Part shown: positions 28,563 through 35,431 of the stretch, one piece after another | Layout of the letters: every line of letters begins with the position of its first letter | Position numbering within the stretch: position 1 is the stretch's first letter | Assembly: GCA_038065115.1 (NCBI GenBank) | Contig: JBBTRS010000007.1 | Location: 1 to 35,431 of the forward strand | DNA: 35,431 nucleotides | Source of the DNA: Patescibacteria group bacterium | GTDB taxonomy: Bacteria; Patescibacteriota; Minisyncoccia; UBA6257; MFKM01 | Direction: 5' to 3' | Translations under genes and position numbers: made by a program | Notes under the pieces: model-generated | The model's input: only the letters and a program-made list of their open reading frames with translations | Told to the model about the DNA's origin: nothing | Database searches by the model: none

Positions 28563-28604
28563 TTTACTATTGTAATTCCACGATCGTGGAATTACAATAG
28601 TAAA
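28563..28604. repeat. Perfect 42-bp palindrome upstream of tatD
   Basis: TTTACTATTGTAATTCCACGA|TCGTGGAATTACAATAGTAAA. Confidence 0.9.
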
Positions 28605-28620
28605 CAAGAAACACAGAAAT

Positions 28621-29454
28621 ATGCTTTCCGGCGCTTCAAAAAATTCAACGTTAACCGCCAACAAAACTAAATGGTTTGATTCGCACGCTCATCTTAATTT
28701 TAAGGCTTTTAATAACGACTATCCGGAAATTATCAAAAAATGCCTTGATGAAAATCTTTGGCTGATCAATGCCGGCTCAAAATACGACTCTAGCGAGAAA
28801 GCGGTGGATATCGCCGAAAATTGCGAAAAAGGGGTTTGGGCGGCTGTCGGACTCCATCCCCTTGATATTGAAAACGAGGTCTTTGATTACCAAAAATATT
28901 TAACTCTAGCCAAAAAATCCGACAAAGTGGCGGCGATCGGCGAAACCGGCTTGGATTACTACAGAATTAAGAATAATGAATTAAGAATTAAGAATCTCCA
29001 AAAGGAAGTTTTTAAAAAACAAATTGAATTGGCACTGGCATTGGATAAACCGTTGATAATTCACTGTCGCGATGCTCACGACGATGTTATTAGTATTCTT
29101 AATTCTTACTTCTTGATTCATAATTCTAAATTAAAAGGCGTTATTCACTGTTTTACCGGAAATCAGAAGCAAGCAAAACAATACCTAGAAATGGGGATTT
29201 TCCTCGGCTTCACCGGCATCATTACCTATTCTCCCGCTTACGATGAAATTATCAAAGACCTGCCGCTTGAAAAAATCCTGATTGAAACAGATTGTCCTTA
29301 TTTAACGCCTGTTCCCCGCCGCGGCCAAAGAAACGAACCGCTTTATGTTAAATTTGTAGCCCAAAAAATAGCCGCAATTCGCAATCTTTCTTTAGAAGAA
29401 GTGGCAAGACAAACCGCCGACAACGCCTTGAATTTGTTCCAGATTTTGTTATAA
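28621..29454 (+). CDS. tatD: TatD family DNase
   Basis: DSHAHL, GLHP, IGETGLDY, IIHCRDA, GVIHCF and ETDCPYL.P...RGQRNEP. Confidence 0.95.
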   Translation: MLSGASKNSTLTANKTKWFDSHAHLNFKAFNNDYPEIIKKCLDENLWLINAGSKYDSSEKAVDIAENCEKGVWAAVGLHPLDIENEVFDYQKYLTLAKKSDKVAAIGETGLDYYRIKNNELRIKNLQKEVFKKQIELALALDKPLIIHCRDAHDDVISILNSYFLIHNSKLKGVIHCFTGNQKQAKQYLEMGIFLGFTGIITYSPAYDEIIKDLPLEKILIETDCPYLTPVPRRGQRNEPLYVKFVAQKIAAIRNLSLEEVARQTADNALNLFQILL

Positions 29455-29461
29455 TGCAAAT

Positions 29462-29585
29462 GCCTCGCTAAGGTTGAATCCTGCACAATTTAATTTCTAT
29501 TGGGAGGATGAATTGCTTTAGCCCTTGGGTTAGAGCTGAATCCACCCACCTGATTTTTTATCAGGATTTCAATTCAAGGCGGGGC
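29462..29585 (+). ncRNA. Probable 6S RNA-like rod-shaped ncRNA
   Basis: Promoter TTGAAT-16 nt-TATAAT with TG extension (29428-29455). Nested stems GCCTCGC/GCGGGGC, GTTGAA/TTCAAT and ATCCTG/CAGGAT, an AT-rich central bubble, then TGGG/CCCA, GGAT/ATCC and GCTTTAGCC/GGTTAGAGC. Confidence 0.6.
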
Positions 29586-29602
29586 TTTGGTTTTAAAAAT
29601 AA

Positions 29603-29627
29603 AAAGAGCTCATAAAACGAGCTCTTT
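29603..29627. terminator. Bidirectional terminator hairpin
   Basis: AAAGAGCTC-ATAAAAC-GAGCTCTTT between convergent transcription units. Confidence 0.6.
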
Positions 29628-29643
29628 AAAAATCACTTAAAAA

Positions 29644-30033
29644 CTATTTTTTTAACCGCAGAGTGGCATAAAGCGCCACTTCTCCAGACCAGATGTCTTT
29701 AACCGCTATACTCACGCCTATAACCGGATAAAAGCGTAAGGCCCCGTGATATTCGCGCGACTCAATTAATCTAATGGCCATTTTTTTAACGGCTTGCTTA
29801 ATGGCTAGGTCTTGATAATCAGCCTTTACTCCGTCCACTGCTTCAGCTAACGCCGACCCCAATAAATACTTGGGCGCGTTATAACAACAACCGCGTTCCA
29901 CCATCGCCTTGCAATGTCCAATTGCCCCTGAAGTAAGTTCTTCGTCGCGAATAAAAGACTTTCCCAGCTCCTCTTCCAACTCCATGAGTAGTAGATCGAT
30001 TAAATGATTTATCCATCGATAATAATTTTCCAT
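29644..30033 (-). CDS. Hypothetical protein
   Basis: ATG at 30033 is preceded by SD AAGGAGGTG. Has its own promoter and terminator. Confidence 0.65.
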   Translation of the reverse strand: MENYYRWINHLIDLLLMELEEELGKSFIRDEELTSGAIGHCKAMVERGCCYNAPKYLLGSALAEAVDGVKADYQDLAIKQAVKKMAIRLIESREYHGALRFYPVIGVSIAVKDIWSGEVALYATLRLKK

Positions 30034-30094
30034 AATCGCCACCTCCTTTCAGGATAGTTTTTGATTGTAAAAGGGCAATTAAAATTTATTAGCA

Positions 30095-30123
30095 ATAATA
30101 GTATATTATAACACTCTTGTCAA
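30095..30123 (-). promoter_or_regulatory. Sigma70-type promoter for the hypothetical gene
   Basis: TTGACA-17 nt-TATTAT on the minus strand. Confidence 0.7.
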
Positions 30124-30132
30124 CAACAAACA

Positions 30133-31221
30133 TTAACTGTTTTTTAGACACCCGTGGATTTCCAGAAGGATATCTTCGGTTTCTTCCCAACCGATACAAG
30201 GGTCGGTGATTGAAACGCCATATTTCATCCGCGGAGAGATATCCTGCCTGCCCGGATTAATATTGCTTTCAAGCATAAATCCGGCAATTCGTTTATTGCC
30301 GGCGATAAATTGAGCGACTATTTTTCGGCAAATAACGACTTGTTTTACGGGGTCTTTGCCGGAATTACCATGACTACAGTCAATCAATATCTTGGTGTCA
30401 TAGGATTTTTTGCCGGATTTGCGGTCAGCTTCATTCAATATTTCTATCGCCTTTCCGATGTTAACAGAATCATAGTTCGGCTTCTTTCCGCCCCGCAAAA
30501 CCAAATGTGCCCATTGATTGCCCTTGGTATGGATAACGGAAACTCTGCCGGAACCGTTGATCCCCAAAAAGACATGAGGCGTTCTCGCCGCGATAATCGC
30601 ATTGGCGGCAATTTGAATGTTGCCCTCCGTGCTGTTTTTGAACCCGATAGGCATGGAAAGACCGCTGGTCATCTGGCGATGAATCTGCGATTCGGTGGTT
30701 CGCGCGCCAACCGCGCCCCAAGAAATCAAGTCCGAGATGTATTGGGGAATAATCGGGTCAAGAAATTCGGTGGCAACCGGCAAGCCCATTTTATTAATTT
30801 CGAGCAACAAACCGCGAGCGATTTTTAATCCTTTTTTTATATTGAATCCATTGTCGACGGCCGGTTCCGGTTCGGCTATCAGCCCTTTCCAGCCGATAGT
30901 TGTCCGGGGTTTTTCGAAGTAAACGCGCATAACAATCAACAAACGATCCGCTGTTTGCTTGGCCAACCGGGCCAGCCGCCCGGCGTAATCAATAGCCGCT
31001 TTCGGATCGTTAATGGAACAAGGCCCGACAATCGCAAGAAAACGGCTGTCTTTACCGCTTAAAATTTTTATAATCTGCTGGCGGCCATCAATAACCGTCT
31101 GTCTCGCCTGTTTGGTCACGGCTAACCGGCCGCGTTTCAGTTGGAAAGGCGTGATTAACGGCGTGATACCCTGGAAAGCAATATTACTATTTTCTAGCTT
31201 TAATCCGGACACAATTTTCAT
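30133..31221 (-). CDS. Class I-alpha DAHP synthase (AroF/G/H family)
   Basis: VGPCSI, MRVYFEKPRTTIGWKG, GARTTESQIHR, GFKNST, IDCSHGNS.K and YGVSITDPCIGW. Confidence 0.95.
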   Translation of the reverse strand: MKIVSGLKLENSNIAFQGITPLITPFQLKRGRLAVTKQARQTVIDGRQQIIKILSGKDSRFLAIVGPCSINDPKAAIDYAGRLARLAKQTADRLLIVMRVYFEKPRTTIGWKGLIAEPEPAVDNGFNIKKGLKIARGLLLEINKMGLPVATEFLDPIIPQYISDLISWGAVGARTTESQIHRQMTSGLSMPIGFKNSTEGNIQIAANAIIAARTPHVFLGINGSGRVSVIHTKGNQWAHLVLRGGKKPNYDSVNIGKAIEILNEADRKSGKKSYDTKILIDCSHGNSGKDPVKQVVICRKIVAQFIAGNKRIAGFMLESNINPGRQDISPRMKYGVSITDPCIGWEETEDILLEIHGCLKNS

Positions 31222-31239
31222 AAATATCTTCCCTCTGAA

Positions 31240-32637
31240 TTAATTCTTTTTGAGGTGTAATTCTTTTAATTGTTCGGATCTGATTTCGGCCGGCGCGCCC
31301 ATCATTAAATCGCGACCGTCGCCGGTTTTCGGGAAAGCGATAACTTCGCGGATATTCGGCTCATTGAGTAAAATCGCCAGTATCCTGTCTAATCCCAAAG
31401 CGATTCCCCCGTGAGGCGGCACCCCATATTCAAAAGCCTCAAACATATGGCCAAATTCTGCCTGGACGTCTTCCGTTTTATTTCCCATCGCTTCAAAAAC
31501 CGCCTGAAGCAATTTAGGATCGTGAATCCTTATTGAACCTCCGCCGACCTCGTAACCGTTTAAAACAAAATCGTATTGCTGGGCTAAAATTTTTCCCGGA
31601 TTTTCTTTAAAAACCGTTTCAAACTCCGCGCGATTTTCCACTTTCGGCTGGGTAAAGGGATGATGAACCGCGTCCCACCTTTTTTCATTTTCTTTCCATT
31701 CAAACATCGGAAAGTTGATTATAAAAGCAAAAGCCAGTTCATTGGGGTCGTTTTTGTCTTCTCTTAAATCGGGCTTGTCGCTCTGATATTTAGCCATCGC
31801 CTCCTGATAATCAAGCCGAGGAAAAGGAATCTTGGTAATCCGTTTTTGCGGAAATATTTTTTTAACGGCTTCAATATAAAGCTCTTCAATGAAAGCCAAA
31901 ATAGCTTCTTCTTGAGGAAAACTCATTTCAATATCCAATTGAGTGAATTCCGGCTGGCGGTCGCCTCGGGTGTCTTCATCGCGAAAACAACGGGCTACCT
32001 GAAAATATTTTTCAAAACCCGCCACCATCAAAAGTTGTTTATACTGCTGGGGCGATTGAGGCAAAGCGTAAAATTTCGTTGGCTGAAAGCGGGAAGGCAC
32101 CAAATAATCCCGAGCTCCTTCCGGAGTGGACTTGCCCAATATCGGCGTCTCAATTTCAACAAATTCTTTATCGGTTAAAAGCTGGCGTATCTGTTGAATA
32201 AACAAGGAACGAAATCTGATATTTTTTTGCAAACGCCGGCGCCTTAAATCCAAATAGCGATACTTCATTCTAATGTCTTCGTTAATCTCGTAGCCGTCGG
32301 TGTCCAAAGGAAAAGGCGCGGTTTCGGATTGACTTAAAATTTCCAAAGTTTCGGCTTGAATTTCAAATTGGCCATTTTCTAAATTGGAATTTTCCATGCC
32401 AACCGGCCGTTTTTTAACCGTTCCGGTGATTTTAATAACCCACTCTGATCGCAAGCTACTCGCCAGTTGGTATAAATCTTTGTCTTTCGGCAAAAAAACC
32501 ACTTGAGCCACTCCGCCCATATCCCGAAAATCAATAAAAATAAGCTTGCCGTGATCCCGTCGAGCCGCCACCCAACCCATCAATTCAACCATTTGGTTTT
32601 CTTTGTTTATAATTTCTTTAACTAAAATTCTTGCCAT
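31240..32637 (-). CDS. aspS: Aspartate-tRNA ligase (short, lacking GAD insert)
   Basis: RRDHGKLIFID, STPEGARDYLVPSR, CFRDED.RGDRQPEFTQLD and PPHGGIALGLDR. Confidence 0.96.
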   Translation of the reverse strand: MARILVKEIINKENQMVELMGWVAARRDHGKLIFIDFRDMGGVAQVVFLPKDKDLYQLASSLRSEWVIKITGTVKKRPVGMENSNLENGQFEIQAETLEILSQSETAPFPLDTDGYEINEDIRMKYRYLDLRRRRLQKNIRFRSLFIQQIRQLLTDKEFVEIETPILGKSTPEGARDYLVPSRFQPTKFYALPQSPQQYKQLLMVAGFEKYFQVARCFRDEDTRGDRQPEFTQLDIEMSFPQEEAILAFIEELYIEAVKKIFPQKRITKIPFPRLDYQEAMAKYQSDKPDLREDKNDPNELAFAFIINFPMFEWKENEKRWDAVHHPFTQPKVENRAEFETVFKENPGKILAQQYDFVLNGYEVGGGSIRIHDPKLLQAVFEAMGNKTEDVQAEFGHMFEAFEYGVPPHGGIALGLDRILAILLNEPNIREVIAFPKTGDGRDLMMGAPAEIRSEQLKELHLKKN

Positions 32638-32653
32638 ATATATTTTCTATTTT

Positions 32654-32696
32654 CTAATTACTAATTACTAATGACTAGTGGCTAATTTACTAATTT
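32654..32696. repeat. Degenerate heptamer array (CTAATTA-like) upstream of aspS
   Basis: ctaatta ctaatta ctaatga ctagtgg ctaattt a ctaattt. Confidence 0.6.
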
Positions 32697-32702
32697 ATTG
32701 TA

Positions 32703-33560
32703 TCACTTTTTGCGAAAAACCTGAATTTCGGAAGAATTTTTTGGAATAACCATCTTCATTGTTCCGTCTTTATCGGTGCGATAAATCGTGGCGCCAATCG
32801 CGGCCAGACGGTTTAAAACTTCTCCGGTGGGATGGCCGTAGCTATTCTTGCCAACCTCAATAAAAGCGAATCGGGGGCGGCTGGCGGCTAAAAAATTTTG
32901 ACTGGTGGAAAATTTTGAACCGTGATGGCTTACTTTCAAAACATCAATTTTAAAATTGAAATTTTTTACTAAAAAATCTTCAACCTTTTTCCCGATATCG
33001 CCGGTAAAAAGAATGCGGGAATCGGCGCTGGCCAGTTCCATCACTAAACCGCTGTCATTGGTTTCCCGGCTGTTTAAAAAATCTCTGGTCGGGGAAAGAA
33101 TGTTAAAGCAGTTTTCCCGATAGCAAATTTTATCGCCGGCCGCCAAGGAAACACTGGGGATTTTCCCGTTTTTTAAAATCCCGGTTAAAACCGGCCAAGA
33201 ATCAGCCGTTCCCTCGCGACCATTGGAAATAAAAGTCCCGACCTTGTAATTTTTTAAAACATCAATTAGCCCCAAAAAGTGGTCGGTTTCAGGATGCGAA
33301 AGAACAACTAAATCAAGATAGCGGTCAAAAAACGGCAAAATTGAAGTTAACTCTTGAATCGCCCGGTTGCCCTTTCCCCCGTCAATTAAAACCCGCGCTC
33401 CGCCCGGCAAAACCACTAATTCGCTGTCGCCCTGGCCGACTGACAAAAAATAAATTTCCAGATTATCCGAAGATGCGGCAAAAATAATTGTCCGCCAAAC
33501 CAAAATATTAAAACTCAACAGCAACGTTAAAATCAAAATTAAAATCTTTAAATTTTTCAT
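32703..33560 (-). CDS. ComEC/Rec2-like metallo-beta-lactamase domain protein
   Basis: SVGQGDS, LIDGG, SHPETDH, LFTGD, VSHHGSK, NSYGHP and YRTDKDG. N-terminal TM. Confidence 0.9.
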   Translation of the reverse strand: MKNLKILILILTLLLSFNILVWRTIIFAASSDNLEIYFLSVGQGDSELVVLPGGARVLIDGGKGNRAIQELTSILPFFDRYLDLVVLSHPETDHFLGLIDVLKNYKVGTFISNGREGTADSWPVLTGILKNGKIPSVSLAAGDKICYRENCFNILSPTRDFLNSRETNDSGLVMELASADSRILFTGDIGKKVEDFLVKNFNFKIDVLKVSHHGSKFSTSQNFLAASRPRFAFIEVGKNSYGHPTGEVLNRLAAIGATIYRTDKDGTMKMVIPKNSSEIQVFRKK

Positions 33561-33570
33561 TAAATTCGCC

Positions 33571-34308
33571 TTATTGATTAATAAGCTTGTCAATCCTTAA
33601 AGTATCGGGGTGAAATTCCAATTCTTCATCATTGAAAATGAGCCGTGGCTTGAATCCCGCGCTTTCTTTCAGGCTTTTTTCAATTCTTCGGATTTGAATC
33701 TGTTTTAGCAATCGCTCTATTGAATCGCCGAAACGGCCGCTTAAAACATTTTCCCAAAAAATTCCGCCGAAATTCGGCCGGTGAAACTGATGGCGCGAAT
33801 CGTCAAAATAAACCGGCCTTTCCATCCAACCATTGGCTTTAAAAAATTCCTGAATTTTATCCCGTTGGCCGTAAATAGGAACCAGGTTTTTATAAAGCTC
33901 CTGCCAATAAATATTATAGGGCGGCCGCAAACAATAAGCGGTCGGAGCGATGAAATGATTGAAACAAATTTTATCGCTGGCCGCTTCCCGATGCGAAAAC
34001 TTCTGACGGCGCCGGCCCAATAAATCAAACATTAAAATACAAAAAAATCGGGCCGTAAAAATCCGGTCGGATTTTACTCCGACGATGACGTCAAAATCGG
34101 AATCCCGACGCGCGTTCCCCAAGGCCAATGAACCGGCGCCTAAAACAAATTCTATAAAAGGCAACTGCCTGAAAAAACGGGATAATTTCAAAAATTCCAG
34201 CCATTTTTTATCAGAAAGAACATCTTGCTGGCGTCGGGTTAAGGGAAATCGGCCCGGCGGCCGACCGAGTTTTTGATAAAATTCTTCAACCTTATTCTCC
34301 GTTTTCAT
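33571..34308 (-). CDS. Nucleotidyltransferase-fold conserved protein
   Basis: GSLALGNARRDSDFD (GS...DxD polymerase beta motif). Confidence 0.7.
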   Translation of the reverse strand: MKTENKVEEFYQKLGRPPGRFPLTRRQQDVLSDKKWLEFLKLSRFFRQLPFIEFVLGAGSLALGNARRDSDFDVIVGVKSDRIFTARFFCILMFDLLGRRRQKFSHREAASDKICFNHFIAPTAYCLRPPYNIYWQELYKNLVPIYGQRDKIQEFFKANGWMERPVYFDDSRHQFHRPNFGGIFWENVLSGRFGDSIERLLKQIQIRRIEKSLKESAGFKPRLIFNDEELEFHPDTLRIDKLINQ

Positions 34309-35338
34309 TTTCAGTTTCCGGATTTTCCAATCTTAACGTCTCCACGCCCACGGTCTTGCCGGTGATTTTTAAAACATCCTTGTCAATTTTCCCCAATTCT
34401 TTTTGAGCTTTATTATACATATTAACGGTGGTCCCTAAATGAACGCCCAATTTTTTAAAATATTCCCCGTAACTGATTAAATGCCTGCGTAATTCCTCCA
34501 CCCGTTTTCCGATTTCCTTGGCCGATTCTTCAATTTGAAGCGCTTTTAGTCCTTGTAAAACGGTCTGGAGATAGGCTAAGAACGAAGTCGGAGAAACAAT
34601 AATCACTTTCTTGTCAACAAAAGCGTATTCTATTAAATCGCGGGCGATTACGGTTCCCACTTTGTTTATCAATAAATCGTAATAAACCGCCTCTGACGGA
34701 ATAAACATAAAAGCGAATTCCAGGGTGTCTTCTTCCGGCTTGATATATTTAGCGGTTTCGTCAATCCGATTTTTTAAATCTTCCCGAAAAACGGCTTCTA
34801 AACGACGGCGTTCGCTTTCTTCTTTGGTTTCCAAAAGCCGATTGTAATTTTCCAAACTGAATTTGGAGTCAATGGGGATAATCCGGTCTTTGGTGAAAAT
34901 CACGGCGTCAACAACAGTGCCGTCTTTAAATTTATATTGCATCTGAAATTGCCCCGGAGAAAAAACATTTTCCAAAAGGTTTTTTAAAAAATATTCGCCC
35001 AGCATTCCCCGCTGTTTCGGGTTTTTTAGAATATCCTGAAGATTGTCCAGTTGTTTGGCGATATCAACCACCTGTTTTTGCCCTTCGCCGACCTTAGTTA
35101 ATTCTTGAGTGATTTCTTTGATGATTTTAGTGCTTTCCCCGAATTGACGCTGGATAAAACGCGTTGATTCGCCAAGCTTATTGTCCAAAGTCCGGACAAT
35201 TTCGTTAATCTGGTTTTGAAGCAAAACTAAAGACTGGTCCCCGCTTTTTTTTTGCAAATAACTTTTTAGCAAAATAAAGATCGCCGCCAAACCTCCAGAC
35301 AGAACCAGCAAAATTATGACTAAAAAGGTAATTTCCAT
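34292..35338 (-). CDS. rmuC: DNA recombination protein RmuC
   Basis: N-terminal TM and coiled coil, NPKQRG..GE, IPIDSKF, FAFMFIPSE and IIVSPT. Confidence 0.93.
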   Translation of the reverse strand: MEITFLVIILLVLSGGLAAIFILLKSYLQKKSGDQSLVLLQNQINEIVRTLDNKLGESTRFIQRQFGESTKIIKEITQELTKVGEGQKQVVDIAKQLDNLQDILKNPKQRGMLGEYFLKNLLENVFSPGQFQMQYKFKDGTVVDAVIFTKDRIIPIDSKFSLENYNRLLETKEESERRRLEAVFREDLKNRIDETAKYIKPEEDTLEFAFMFIPSEAVYYDLLINKVGTVIARDLIEYAFVDKKVIIVSPTSFLAYLQTVLQGLKALQIEESAKEIGKRVEELRRHLISYGEYFKKLGVHLGTTVNMYNKAQKELGKIDKDVLKITGKTVGVETLRLENPETENENGE

Positions 35339-35431
35339 TTTATTTCAATTACTAATACCTTAATGGGTTTTTAGTATAAACGTATTATTATTTATTATAT
35401 AGTACTTGATAAAACGGGCAAAGGAATTTTC

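Noticed and set aside
29462-29585. SRP (4.5S) RNA call for the ncRNA
   Set aside because: It lacks the GNRA-tetraloop domain IV motif (CAGG...GGAA...AGCA).
30243-30255. CCTGCCTGCCCGG in the DAHP synthase gene resembling the dispersed palindrome
   Set aside because: It is only half the motif and encodes the conserved G.Q segment (PGRQD), so it is probably coincidence.
1036-34276. Many short antisense or alternative-frame ORFs overlapping conserved genes
   Set aside because: They lie wholly within well-supported genes and have no motifs or initiation signals.

Overview
Core-genome window from a Candidate Phyla Radiation (Patescibacteria, probably Parcubacteria) bacterium. This is inferred from the missing rpmD/L30 between rpsE and rplO, core genes without Shine-Dalgarno sites, a short AspRS, a DUF5671-like protein and genetic code 11 (TGA used as stop). 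It holds a minus-strand str-S10-spc ribosomal protein cluster (rpsL to secY-adk-map), dprA-topA, a PilJ/NarX-PAS histidine kinase with a receiver, a B12 radical SAM enzyme, an M50 protease, rpmB, tatD, DAHP synthase, aspS, a ComEC-like MBL protein, rmuC, three tRNA loci and a probable 6S RNA. The most unusual signal is a set of small non-coding inverted-repeat elements in translation genes. (i) Two ~140-bp elements with identical ~20-bp ends but unrelated interiors sit exactly at the ATG of rpsL and rplN and duplicate it. (ii) A 129-bp inverted-repeat element splits a tRNA anticodon loop, and a relic of a similar end lies at the same anticodon position of a duplicated tRNA-Pro half. (iii) A 20-bp CCTGCCTGCCGGCAGGCAGG palindrome occurs in two duplicated tRNA halves and in frame in proteins. 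No transposase or integrase is encoded in the window.
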